IMG/VR virus record: IMGVR_UViG_3300028393_000060
Coordinates: 4,108-68,107 of that record
Source: a virus
DNA: 64,000 bases
Direction: 5' to 3' (one strand)
Below are positions 9,664 to 18,601 of the stretch, in pieces (positions within the stretch are counted from its first letter, which is position 1; the number at the start of each line of letters is the position of its first letter). The translations under genes were made by a program, and so were the position numbers. Under the pieces are notes generated by a model. That model was not told the origin of the DNA. It was given only the letters and a program-made list of their open reading frames with translations, and made no database searches.

Positions 9664-9886
9664 TAATCCTAAACATTATACGAGCCATCCCTCCGGCATT
9701 GATTGCATTCAGATTACTGAGCACATGGGCTTTAATCTTGGCAACGCTATTAAGTATGTGTGGCGTTCTGATTTAAAGAACGATGCCATTGAAGATTTAA
9801 ATAAAGCCATTTGGTACATCCAAAGAGAAATTGAACGCCGTAAAAAACAGGAACTTGATTCTTACTTAGAGGAGTGCGGAAAATGA
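9647..9886 (+). CDS. DUF3310 / SaV-like protein
   Basis: VNNPKHY..IDCI..FNLGNAIKYVWR..EDLNKAIWY. Confidence 0.85.
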   Translation: MHDVVNNPKHYTSHPSGIDCIQITEHMGFNLGNAIKYVWRSDLKNDAIEDLNKAIWYIQREIERRKKQELDSYLEECGK

Positions 9887-10116
9887 TGATTAAAATTGAT
9901 TATGAGTGCGCGGATAGAATTGTCAGCGCAACAATTATTCAAAGTTATATTTCTTTACAGGCCGATTTAAAAAAAGCAAAGAAGAACCCTGGCTCTTTTC
10001 ACGAAGACGACGTTGCGGTTTGGGAAAGATTAATACCTGCTTTGGAAGAGGTTGGTAGATGGTTTACTTATGATTTTGATGGTGAAGTTAAGAAAGCGAA
10101 AAAAGGTAAAAAATGA
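9883..10116 (+). CDS. hypothetical protein
   Basis: coupled ORF with GAGGAG SD; start at the ATGA overlap. Confidence 0.55.
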   Translation: MMIKIDYECADRIVSATIIQSYISLQADLKKAKKNPGSFHEDDVAVWERLIPALEEVGRWFTYDFDGEVKKAKKGKK

Positions 10117-10406
10117 ATACAAGAATTGATTTAGAACAAGCCATTATGGTGGCATGGCAAACTGCTGATGATATTGAGTTGTTGTACAAGCATCATGGCG
10201 ACCACCCAAAACCAATGACAGAAGATGAAGTTGGTAACGCATTATGGGGCATCAAAATGCTTCATGATATGCGAATGGAGGCTTTGATGGATACGTATTC
10301 CCGTAAATTTGAACTGGATCAGTATTGCACAGACCCGGACAAACTAGCGGCAAGAGAAGCATTTTTTGGTATTTCAAAAACAACTAAAAAGAAAGAAAAG
10401 AAATGA
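10113..10406 (+). CDS. hypothetical protein
   Basis: ATGA-coupled ORF. Confidence 0.65.
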   Translation: MNTRIDLEQAIMVAWQTADDIELLYKHHGDHPKPMTEDEVGNALWGIKMLHDMRMEALMDTYSRKFELDQYCTDPDKLAAREAFFGISKTTKKKEKK

Positions 10407-10615
10407 ACGTAGGAGATTTTGTAGTTACAGTTGAACTGACGGTAGAGCAAGTCGATGAGTTAATTAATATGCTCAACCAACCGCTTGGTGTACCAACAGT
10501 AGTGTGGGCAAAATACATTGACATTTTTCAACGTCAAGTACGTCCCCAAGTTGATCACGTAAAGACTAACATTGAAACAGTCAAATCCGCCACGGAGAAA
10601 ATGAATGAGCGATAA
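10403..10615 (+). CDS. hypothetical protein
   Basis: ATGA-coupled ORF. Confidence 0.6.
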   Translation: MNVGDFVVTVELTVEQVDELINMLNQPLGVPTVVWAKYIDIFQRQVRPQVDHVKTNIETVKSATEKMNER

Positions 10616-10850
10616 TTTTTTAAAAAACCTATTGAAATACAAAGGCTTTAGCAACGACGTTAACAAGGCTATTGAAGAAAACGTACGGCGCGATACCCAG
10701 GAAAAGGAAATGTTAGACCGAGAAAAAGCCCTTGGCTTGACCCTTCAAATGGTCAATGAAATGCTACCATCCCTCAAAAAAGCCATCCAAGCTGAGGAAA
10801 GACGTGCCCAAAAGCCCACAAAAACAATTATCGTTCCGGACGATAAATAA
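10605..10850 (+). CDS. hypothetical protein
   Basis: GGAG SD, coupled ORF. Confidence 0.6.
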   Translation: MSDNFLKNLLKYKGFSNDVNKAIEENVRRDTQEKEMLDREKALGLTLQMVNEMLPSLKKAIQAEERRAQKPTKTIIVPDDK

Positions 10851-10881
10851 GGGCGGATTTCTCTTGTTTTTTGCATTAGTA
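10851..10881 (+). promoter_or_regulatory. phage bipartite promoter
   Basis: GGGCGG-ATTTCTCTTGTTT-TTTGCATTAGTA. Confidence 0.8.
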
Positions 10882-10954
10882 GTAATAGGGAGTACAACTC
10901 GTCGTGAGACGCTTGGAAACCGACTTTACACACACTACACACAGGAGAATTAAT

Positions 10955-11215
10955 ATGGTATCCCCATTTGAACTACGCTTTTCTATTTTTAACACTGCCA
11001 AAGATCTGATGATCAAGCAACACGAAGCCAACTTGGCAGCGTGGGAAGTGGTAAACAAGACAACCAAAGAGGCTGCTGAATTAGCACCGGCCTTTCCAAC
11101 AACTGAAGAAATCATTGACAAAGCTATTGAAATCAATACCTTTATCAGCGGCACTTACACAAAAGAACTAACAAACGTGGCTAAGAAATTGGCTGGCGTT
11201 TCAGTAATATTCTAA
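10955..11215 (+). CDS. conserved small phage protein
   Basis: AGGAG SD; SPFELRFSIF..AKDLM..FPTTEEIIDKAIEINTFIS pattern recalled from aquatic phages. Confidence 0.75.
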   Translation: MVSPFELRFSIFNTAKDLMIKQHEANLAAWEVVNKTTKEAAELAPAFPTTEEIIDKAIEINTFISGTYTKELTNVAKKLAGVSVIF

Positions 11216-11224
11216 GGAAACATT

Positions 11225-11377
11225 ATGGCAACTAAACCCGGTTTGTACGCAAACATTCACGCTAAACAGGAACGCATCAAAGCCGGCTCTGGTGAGAAGA
11301 TGCGCAAGCCGGGCGCCAAAGGTGCTCCTACAGCCAAATCATTTAAAGAGTCCGCCAAAACAGCAAAAACAAAATGA
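11225..11377 (+). CDS. small basic protein (50 aa), not in ORF track
   Basis: AAGGA SD; MATKPGLYANIHAKQERIKAGSGEKMRKPGAKGAPTAKSFKESAKTAKTK. Confidence 0.75.
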   Translation: MATKPGLYANIHAKQERIKAGSGEKMRKPGAKGAPTAKSFKESAKTAKTK

Positions 11378-11769
11378 AAGATTTTAAAACCCTTCCTAAA
11401 ATGAAAACTGGTGGCAGGGTAAAGAAAATGTCTAATGGTGGCAGTTTGTCTTCCATAAGTGGATTTTCTAATTTAGTTGGAAGACCTACAGGTCAATTTT
11501 CAGAAGCAGGAAAACCTTTATTTAGAACTGCAAATGATGAACTTGTATCAGAAAAATCTGTCACACTTCCTTACAAAGGAAAATATGTAAATACACCCAG
11601 CATTATTAAAGGGGTGCAACGAAGTGATGATGAAATTATGAGCGGTTTAGAAAAAGGTAGAATTAAGCCTACAAGCACACATGATACAATTGAAGATGCG
11701 GTAGAAGCTGCAAAAGCAAGAAGTTCAGGATTAATAAAAAAGAAACGCGGCGGGAAAGTTAAAAAATAA
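11374..11769 (+). CDS. basic protein with terminal xxxGG motifs
   Basis: MKTGGRVKKMSNGG ... KKRGGKVKK. Confidence 0.7.
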   Translation: MKDFKTLPKMKTGGRVKKMSNGGSLSSISGFSNLVGRPTGQFSEAGKPLFRTANDELVSEKSVTLPYKGKYVNTPSIIKGVQRSDDEIMSGLEKGRIKPTSTHDTIEDAVEAAKARSSGLIKKKRGGKVKK

Positions 11770-12032
11770 TGGCAACCAAAAAGAACCCATCCCTATCTAT
11801 TGGTCGTGGCGAGAAGCTACCAGCCTCTCAGGGCGCCGGCTTAACCGCCAAGGGTCGTGCTAAATATAATGCGGCCACTGGCTCGCATTTAAAAGCACCA
11901 CAACCCGAAGGCGGTGCTCGTAAAAACTCATTTTGCGCTCGTATGTCTGGTGTAAAAGGCCCCATGAAAGATGAAAATGGTAAACCAACACGCAAGGCAG
12001 CAGCACTAAAAAGGTGGAAGTGTGGCAGCTAA
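11769..12032 (+). CDS. small basic protein (DUF6321-like)
   Basis: GLTAKGRAKYN..LKAPQ..RKNSFCARMSG..ALKRWKC. Confidence 0.75.
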   Translation: MATKKNPSLSIGRGEKLPASQGAGLTAKGRAKYNAATGSHLKAPQPEGGARKNSFCARMSGVKGPMKDENGKPTRKAAALKRWKCGS

Positions 12033-12405
12033 ACAAAAGAAAACCTTTACCCCGGAAATGGCTGAAACCATTTTGAACCTGGGTAGGCAAGGTGCGTCCC
12101 AAAAATCCATGTATTCTGCCATCAACATCAGCAAGGCTACAGCGGCTAAGTGGAAGCAAGAAGACCCTTTCTTTGCCGAAACCATGGATATGGCTACAAC
12201 CTATGGCCAGTCCTATTGGGAAATGATGATGCTTGCCAACGTAGAAAACAAAGCATTTAACTCCCGTATTGCTGAAATAGCCCTCCGAGGCCAGTATCCC
12301 GATGACTACAAAGACAGCCGGGAAATTAAAGCAAACATCAAACAAGAAGTAACAGTAGATTTCAATAAAGAAGTAGCAGAACTGATTTCCGCCCTTAAAG
12401 CGTAA
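12022..12405 (+). CDS. putative terminase small subunit (HTH)
   Basis: FTPEMAETIL..G.S..INISKATAAKWKQEDPFF..YWE pattern similar to P22/Sf6-type TerS. Confidence 0.55.
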   Translation: MAAKQKKTFTPEMAETILNLGRQGASQKSMYSAINISKATAAKWKQEDPFFAETMDMATTYGQSYWEMMMLANVENKAFNSRIAEIALRGQYPDDYKDSREIKANIKQEVTVDFNKEVAELISALKA

Positions 12406-12419
12406 ATTTATATTTTACT

Positions 12420-12449
12420 AAAAAAGGGGCTTGACTTAGCCCCTTTTTT
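12420..12449. terminator. intrinsic terminator, potentially bidirectional
   Basis: AAAAAAGGGGCT-TGACTT-AGCCCCTTTTTT. Confidence 0.8.
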
Positions 12450-12458
12450 GCATTAGTA
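12427..12458 (+). promoter_or_regulatory. phage promoter motif overlapping the terminator
   Basis: GGGCTT-N14-TTTGCATTAGTA-TGTAT-AG. Confidence 0.65.
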
Positions 12459-12491
12459 TGTATAGATCTAAAACGTTGAAAAAGGCTAAAA

Positions 12492-13625
12492 ATGACTGCA
12501 CACGCACTTCTAAGCGCTTCAGGCTCTAAACGGTGGCTTACCTGCACACCCAGCGCCAGACTAGAAGCAACACTCCCCGAGCAAAAAAGACAACCCGGAG
12601 CCTTTGATTTTTCACAAGAAGGCACGACAGCTCATTCATTGGCGGAGATTAAATTACGGCAGTATTTTGGTCAGATTGAAAGCGAAGACTATGAAAAAGA
12701 ATATACAGAGATTAAATCAACACCCTATTACAATGACGACTTCGAGGCTAACGTCGATAATTACGTTCTATATGTTCGCAGCCAAATCGGCGAAGGCAAT
12801 ACCCCGTTATTTGAACAGCGCGTGGACTTCTCTGATTGGGTACCTGACGGCTTTGGTACAGCCGATGTGGTTATACTTTCTAAGCACTCCATTCGTGTCA
12901 TCGACCTCAAGTTCGGAAGAGGCGTTCCGGTCAATGCGCAAGACAACACGCAACTACGACTTTACGCACTTGGAGCCTACGCCAAGTTCAAAGAAGAGTG
13001 GCCGGACATCAAAGAAGTCAGTTACACGATCCACCAGCCTCGCCTTGATAGCATCTCTACCGACGGCACAACGATCATCAAACTCGTCGACTGGGCAAAC
13101 TACTTCGTCAAACCCAAAGCCAAAAAAGCGTGGGCCGGCGCAGGCGAGTTCCTTCCAGGCGAACACTGCCAGTTCTGCAAAGCCAAAGCGCAGTGCAGGG
13201 CGCGGTCGGACTTCAACACAGAGCTAACTCGCTTAGAGTTTAGAGACCCACCGTTACTAGATGAAGATGAAATTAGTCTAGTACTTTCCAAAGCTCAAGA
13301 CTTACGCACTTGGGTTAACGATGTGGAAGAACACGCAGTAAATCGTGCAGTAGATTCCAACATTATTCCGCCAGGATTTAAGCTAACAACTTCGATAACA
13401 CACCGTAGGTATGTAGATCAAGCTTTAGCAGCAACAGTCTTGGAAGATAAAGGTTTGGACAAAGAAGTTATTTGGGAGAAACCTAAACTAAAAACCATAG
13501 CAGCAATTAAAAAATTAGTTCCTAAATCACCTATAGAAGCATGGTTGGGCGATCTTATAGCGCGCCCAGAAGGCCAGCCAAAATTAGTTCGCGTTAAGGA
13601 TGATTTAAAGGAGGATTTTAAATGA
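12492..13625 (+). CDS. Cas4-like PD-(D/E)xK nuclease (DUF2800)
   Basis: HALLSASGSKRWLTC, EGTTAH, GFGTADVV, VIDLKFG, QLRLYALG, HCQFC..C. Confidence 0.9.
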   Translation: MTAHALLSASGSKRWLTCTPSARLEATLPEQKRQPGAFDFSQEGTTAHSLAEIKLRQYFGQIESEDYEKEYTEIKSTPYYNDDFEANVDNYVLYVRSQIGEGNTPLFEQRVDFSDWVPDGFGTADVVILSKHSIRVIDLKFGRGVPVNAQDNTQLRLYALGAYAKFKEEWPDIKEVSYTIHQPRLDSISTDGTTIIKLVDWANYFVKPKAKKAWAGAGEFLPGEHCQFCKAKAQCRARSDFNTELTRLEFRDPPLLDEDEISLVLSKAQDLRTWVNDVEEHAVNRAVDSNIIPPGFKLTTSITHRRYVDQALAATVLEDKGLDKEVIWEKPKLKTIAAIKKLVPKSPIEAWLGDLIARPEGQPKLVRVKDDLKEDFK

Positions 13626-13765
13626 GCACATGGTTAATTGCAGCAATGGGCGTAGTATATTTTATAGTAGCTATTGATCAATTTTTTAAAGGGGGAACGG
13701 GTACAGGAATTATGTTCCTTGGCTATGCTCTCGGTAACGTAGGACTCGTACTTGTAGCTAAATGA
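13622..13765 (+). CDS. small two-TM membrane protein (47 aa), not in ORF track
   Basis: GGAGG SD; MSTWLIAAMGVVYFIVAIDQFFKGGTGTGIMFLGYALGNVGLVLVAK; ATGA overlaps on both sides. Confidence 0.7.
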   Translation: MSTWLIAAMGVVYFIVAIDQFFKGGTGTGIMFLGYALGNVGLVLVAK

Positions 13766-14019
13766 AGGTACAATACTGGGATTCAGATTTTGAAGTGCCC
13801 GATATATTAATTGACAAATTTGTAAAAGATTTTGATGGACTTCCTGGTAGTGGGCAACGTTCATCTGTGTTAGACTTAAGAGAATCAATTGAAGAAGTTT
13901 TAGATTTCATTTCAGAAGAACCAGAAATGTTACATGAAACAGTTTATTTAAATGATTTTATAAAAGCACTTGCAATACGACAAGCTTTGCAGTATCATGG
14001 AGTCTTGTATGATGCGTAG
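13762..14019 (+). CDS. hypothetical protein
   Basis: coupled ORF. Confidence 0.6.
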   Translation: MKVQYWDSDFEVPDILIDKFVKDFDGLPGSGQRSSVLDLRESIEEVLDFISEEPEMLHETVYLNDFIKALAIRQALQYHGVLYDA

Positions 14020-14083
14020 TAAGGGTTGCCGAGCTGGCCCCTATTGAAGTCCAGTTCAATAAAACGTTAAAAAGGTAAAAATC

Positions 14084-14614
14084 ATGGCAGCAAGTTCAAC
14101 AAAAGTTAAATTCGTAACAAATAAAGTTCGCTTTTCATTTGTCCACGTATTTGAGCCAGCTTTAAATCTTAGTGGCAAATTGAAATACTCAGTATCTATT
14201 TTGATTCCTAAGACAGATAAAGCCGGTATCGCAGCATTCAATAAAGCTTTAGAAGATTGCAAGAAAGCTAACATGGGCTATTTCGGTGGCGCTATTCCTA
14301 AGAATCTAAAGGGTGGCTTACGTGATGGCGACGTAGAAAAAGATGATCCAGTATATGCTGGCAACTATTTCTTCAATGCTAGTTCTGATTTGAAGCCAGG
14401 TATTTTTGACGAGAACTCACAAGAGATCATTGATCCTAGCGAGTTCTACAGCGGTTGCTATGGTCGTGCTTCTGTCACAATGTATCCATACGACGTAAGC
14501 GGTTCTAAAGGCATCGGCTATGGTTTAAGTGCAGTAAAGAAAACCGAAGAAGGTGAGAAACTTGGCGGCGCAACAGCTTCCGCAGCAGACTTTGCAGCAG
14601 ATTTCGCAGTATAA
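14084..14614 (+). CDS. ssDNA-binding protein (DUF2815, T7 gp2.5-like)
   Basis: VRFSFVHVFEP, KYSVSILIPK, LRDGD, FYSGCYGRAS, acidic-aromatic C-terminus ADF. Confidence 0.88.
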   Translation: MAASSTKVKFVTNKVRFSFVHVFEPALNLSGKLKYSVSILIPKTDKAGIAAFNKALEDCKKANMGYFGGAIPKNLKGGLRDGDVEKDDPVYAGNYFFNASSDLKPGIFDENSQEIIDPSEFYSGCYGRASVTMYPYDVSGSKGIGYGLSAVKKTEEGEKLGGATASAADFAADFAV

Positions 14615-14637
14615 GTAGTTTAGTAGTGCAGTAGTAC

Positions 14638-14673
14638 AAGGGAGTGTCCATAGAAACTATGGCCTCCCTTTTT
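14638..14673 (+). terminator. intrinsic terminator
   Basis: GGGAGTGTCCATAG-AAA-CTATGGCCTCCC-TTTTT. Confidence 0.7.
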
Positions 14674-14702
14674 CATCAACCCAATAATATAGAGAATAAT
14701 AA

Positions 14703-16577
14703 ATGGATCAGTACCAAGAATACATTGCCGCCAGTAGATATGCCCGATTTGTAGATGAGAAACAACGCAGAGAGACCTGGGCAGAAACAGTAAGCCGTTA
14801 TGTTGAATATGTTTTTAGTCGTACCCCTGCAATACAAAGCAACACCGAATTAAAAAATGAAATTTTTGATGCTATCCATAACCTAGATTTGATGCCGTCT
14901 ATGCGCGCCATGATGACGGCAGGAAAGAGTGCTGATCGTGATAACACCTGTGTCTATAATTGCTCGTATCTTCCGATTGATGACCCCAAGAGCTTTGATG
15001 AAGCGATGTTCATCTTGTTATGTGGAACTGGTGTTGGGTTCTCCGTTGAGTCAAAATACATTAACCATCTGCCGGAAGTGCCAGAAAACTTATTCGAGTC
15101 GGACCACACCATCTCCGTCCACGATTCAAAAGAAGGCTGGGCAAAGTCCCTCCGACTATTACTCGCGCACCTATGGGCCGGCGAGATTCCAAAGTGGGAC
15201 GTCAGCAACATCCGCCCCGCCGGAGCACGACTCAAAACTTTTGGTGGAAGAGCTTCCGGGCCAGAACCATTAATTGATTTGTTTAACTTTACCGTAGCAA
15301 TGTTCAAACACGCAAAGGGTCGTAGATTGCATTCATTAGAATGCCACGATCTGATGTGTAAAATTGGTGAAGTGGTGGTAGTGGGTGGCGTTCGTCGCTC
15401 AGCTATGATATCATTATCAGATCTAGACGATGAAAGGATTCGACATGCAAAAGCTGGACCATGGTGGGAAACAGCCCCACACAGAGCCCTTGCCAATAAC
15501 TCAGCAGTCTATAGCACAACTCCTACAGTCGGAAAGTTTATGGAAGAGTGGCTTAGTCTTTATAATTCTCATTCCGGTGAGCGCGGTATTTTTAATCGTG
15601 AAGCTGCTCAAAACACAGTGGCTAAATATGGTCATCGTGATCCTAATTTTGAGTTTGGTACCAATCCTTGCTCCGAAATTATTTTGCGCCCCTATCAGTT
15701 TTGTAACCTTTCCGAAGTGGTGGTAAGACACAATGACACCAAAGAAACCTTACTGCGTAAAGTGCGGCTTGCCTCCATCCTCGGCACCATCCAAAGTACA
15801 TTCACCAAATTTCCTTATCTGCGTAAAGTGTGGCAACGTAATACCGAGGAAGAACGATTACTCGGAGTCTCTCTTACCGGAATATACGATAACCCATTAC
15901 TTACCACACAAGGAGAAAAGTTAAATGACTTACTTACCGAGCTTCGAGAGGAGTCTAGAAGAGCCAACGAGGAGTTTGCAGAGCTGCTTGGAATACCTAA
16001 GAGTGCTGCAATTACTTGCGTTAAGCCCAGTGGAACCGTCTCACAACTCGTTGATAGTGCTTCTGGAATCCACCCTAGACACTCTAAGTTCTACATACGA
16101 AGAGTTAGAGGAGATAAGAAAGACCCTCTCACCCAATTCTTAATTTCACAAGGAATCCCAAATGAAGCATGTGTTTACAAACCTGATCAAACGGTTGTGT
16201 TCAGTTTTCCAATCAAAGCCCCAGACGGCATCACCAGGTCAGACGTTACACCAATATCTCACCTTTCTTTATGGCTCACATACCAACGACACTGGTGTGA
16301 ACACAAGCCGTCGGTCACCATCTCCGTCGAAGAAAAAGACTGGCCAAGTGTCGGTGCGTGGACGTGGGAAAACTTCAGCGAAATCAGCGGCGTCAGCTAC
16401 CTCCCGTACGACGGCGGCACATACCGCCAAGCCCCGTACGAAGAGTGCAACCAAGAAGTCTACGAACAGCTCAAAGCCAGCCTCCCCAAAATCAACTGGG
16501 AAGACTTTAAAGAAAACACCGACAACGTCGAGGGCGCGCAGCAACTAGCCTGTTCAGCAGGAACGTGCGAGATTTAA
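14703..16577 (+). CDS. nrdJ: class II (B12-dependent) ribonucleotide reductase, monomeric RTPR type
   Basis: YNCSY, GGVRRSA, TNPCSEI, FCNLSEV, TCVKPSGTVS, C-terminal CSAGTCEI; no nrdB present. Confidence 0.92.
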   Translation: MDQYQEYIAASRYARFVDEKQRRETWAETVSRYVEYVFSRTPAIQSNTELKNEIFDAIHNLDLMPSMRAMMTAGKSADRDNTCVYNCSYLPIDDPKSFDEAMFILLCGTGVGFSVESKYINHLPEVPENLFESDHTISVHDSKEGWAKSLRLLLAHLWAGEIPKWDVSNIRPAGARLKTFGGRASGPEPLIDLFNFTVAMFKHAKGRRLHSLECHDLMCKIGEVVVVGGVRRSAMISLSDLDDERIRHAKAGPWWETAPHRALANNSAVYSTTPTVGKFMEEWLSLYNSHSGERGIFNREAAQNTVAKYGHRDPNFEFGTNPCSEIILRPYQFCNLSEVVVRHNDTKETLLRKVRLASILGTIQSTFTKFPYLRKVWQRNTEEERLLGVSLTGIYDNPLLTTQGEKLNDLLTELREESRRANEEFAELLGIPKSAAITCVKPSGTVSQLVDSASGIHPRHSKFYIRRVRGDKKDPLTQFLISQGIPNEACVYKPDQTVVFSFPIKAPDGITRSDVTPISHLSLWLTYQRHWCEHKPSVTISVEEKDWPSVGAWTWENFSEISGVSYLPYDGGTYRQAPYEECNQEVYEQLKASLPKINWEDFKENTDNVEGAQQLACSAGTCEI

Positions 16578-16600
16578 ATTATTTTTATGGTGGTGGGTTT

Positions 16601-16627
16601 GGGGGACTTGTATAGTCCCCCTTTTTT
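16601..16627 (+). terminator. intrinsic terminator
   Basis: GGGGGACT-TGTAT-AGTCCCCC-TTTTTT. Confidence 0.85.
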
Positions 16628-16628
16628 A

Positions 16629-16637
16629 TGCTACAAT
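16629..16637 (+). promoter_or_regulatory. sigma-70-type extended -10 (TGcTACAAT)
   Basis: lies just after the terminator, upstream of polA. Confidence 0.5.
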
Positions 16638-16675
16638 AGACTCATATAGATTCGTCTGGACGCCATTGGAGCATT

Positions 16676-18601
16676 ATGATTTATTCTATCGACTTTGAAA
16701 CCCGTAGCTTTGCTGATCTGCCAGAAGTAGGCTTAGATAAATACGCAAACTGCCTCTCCACCGAAGTGCTATGTATTGCGTTTGGCACCCAACCTGACAA
16801 TGTATTAGTAACCTCCCCAAAACCCACAGCCAATTTAGATCTAAATAATCTATTAGCCCATGTGCGTGGTGGTGGCAAGATCCAAGCGTGGAACGCCATG
16901 TTTGAGTACGCCATCTGGAACTGTGTCTGTGTGCCTAAGTACGGCTGGCCACCACTAAAGCTAGAGCAGTGTATTGACACCATGGCGATAGCGGCAGCCA
17001 ATAACGTACCGCAAGCCTTGGGCGATGCTGCCATATTCATGGACGCAAACCAGCAAAAAGACACACGAGGCCGGTACCTAATCCAAAAGCTCTGTAAGCC
17101 AAATCGCAAAGGTGTGTTTGAAGACAACTTTGAGCTCATGGCGGAACTGTTTGCCTATTGCGCCCAGGACGTACGCACAGAAATGGCCATAGGAGCCGTT
17201 TTAAGGCCCCTATCAGCCTTTGAACAGGAAGTTTGGGAGCTTACTCAGCGCATCAATTTAAGAGGCGTACCAGTCGATTATAACGAGCTCCACAGCGCCG
17301 TTTTGGCTGTGGTAAGGGCCCAGGATGCCATAGACAACGAATGCCTTGCCTTGACCGGTTGTAAGCCGTCTGAGAGGGCTAAATTACTGGAGTGGATTAA
17401 TAAGAAAATCCCCCATGCACCCATGGCGGATTTAACAGCAGAAACCGTGTCAAAAATGCTGCAGTGCAGCATTCACGCGCGCGTAAAAAAAGTGTTGGAG
17501 CTAAGACAAGAAGGCAGCCAAACTAGCGTGGCTAAGTACGCTAAGATGATGGAGATTCAAAGAGATGGGAAAATTAGGAATACATTGGTATATCATGGCG
17601 CTAGTACTGGCCGTTGGGCGAGTCGTGGTGGGCTCAATTTACAGAATATTGCCCGACCAACCCTTAGCGATGAAGAGATTGAATTGGCGATACCAATGGT
17701 CTTTACAGAAGGAGTGGGCACGATGCAACAACTCTCCTCTTTGGTGCGATCCGCCATACGAGCTCCAAGTGGCAAAACCTTCGTTGACGTGGATTTTAGC
17801 TCAATTGAAAACCGAGTTGGGGTTTGGCTCGCAGGACAAGCCGACAAGGTGGAGCTCTTTCGGAAAGGCTTGGATGAATACAAAGTCTTCGCTTCAGAAA
17901 GCCTCTATCGAGTCCCTTATGATGAAGTCACGAAGGATCAACGCCAGGTCAGCAAATCAGCTGTCCTCGGTGCGATGTTTGGTCAGGGTTCTAAAGGGCT
18001 GGTTAAATACGCTGAAGGGATGGGTGTCACGTTAAGTGAGGGAGAAGCCAAAGCTGCAGTAGAAAATTACCGCAATTCGTATGCAAAGGTGAAGTGGCTG
18101 TGGGGAGCTTGTGAGACTGCAGCGATTGATGCAGTTCAGAATCCTGGCACTGCGTTTTTTGCAGGCAAGAAGATTCGATTAAAAGTAGCTAGGGGAGCAT
18201 TGTGGATGCAACTTCCATCAAGCCGTTTGATCTGTTGGCAAAGGCCAGAGCTTGAGCTGCTCACCACACCATGGGGTCAAGAGAAACTTGGCATTACTAT
18301 CCACTCCCAGAACACGTTCACTCGGCAGTGGAGTAGGAACCAGTTGATCGGTAGTAGTATCTTCCAATCTGCCGTTCAAGGCACGGCTCGCGATTTCTTG
18401 GCGTTTGCTATGATAGAGCTCGAGCGAGCTGGCTATGAGGTTATTAACTCCATCCATGACGAGGTGTTACTCCTTGTGGAAGAACAAAGCGCGGAGTCCG
18501 CATTGGATGCTGTGATTAAGATCATGACCACACCACCAACGTGGGCTCCCGACTTTCCTCTTGCAGCAGAAGGCTGGGTGGGTAAGCGTTACAGGAAGTG
18601 A
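16676..18601 (+). CDS. polA: family A DNA polymerase with 3'-5' exonuclease
   Basis: IDFET exo I; TGRWAS, NLQN; motif A DFSSIE; motif B RQVSKSAVLG; motif C IHDE. Confidence 0.95.
   Translation: MIYSIDFETRSFADLPEVGLDKYANCLSTEVLCIAFGTQPDNVLVTSPKPTANLDLNNLLAHVRGGGKIQAWNAMFEYAIWNCVCVPKYGWPPLKLEQCIDTMAIAAANNVPQALGDAAIFMDANQQKDTRGRYLIQKLCKPNRKGVFEDNFELMAELFAYCAQDVRTEMAIGAVLRPLSAFEQEVWELTQRINLRGVPVDYNELHSAVLAVVRAQDAIDNECLALTGCKPSERAKLLEWINKKIPHAPMADLTAETVSKMLQCSIHARVKKVLELRQEGSQTSVAKYAKMMEIQRDGKIRNTLVYHGASTGRWASRGGLNLQNIARPTLSDEEIELAIPMVFTEGVGTMQQLSSLVRSAIRAPSGKTFVDVDFSSIENRVGVWLAGQADKVELFRKGLDEYKVFASESLYRVPYDEVTKDQRQVSKSAVLGAMFGQGSKGLVKYAEGMGVTLSEGEAKAAVENYRNSYAKVKWLWGACETAAIDAVQNPGTAFFAGKKIRLKVARGALWMQLPSSRLICWQRPELELLTTPWGQEKLGITIHSQNTFTRQWSRNQLIGSSIFQSAVQGTARDFLAFAMIELERAGYEVINSIHDEVLLLVEEQSAESALDAVIKIMTTPPTWAPDFPLAAEGWVGKRYRK

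Noticed and set aside
10851-10881. Motif read as a sigma-54 (-24/-12) promoter because of GGC and TTGCA
   Set aside because: The GG-to-GC spacing is much longer than the 10 nt sigma-54 requires
12492-13625. Cas4 as evidence of a CRISPR system
   Set aside because: Stand-alone DUF2800 nuclease in the usual nuclease-SSB-PolA module
14929-18457. Alternative-frame and antisense ORFs inside nrdJ and polA
   Set aside because: Fully nested in well-supported genes, with no recognisable motifs
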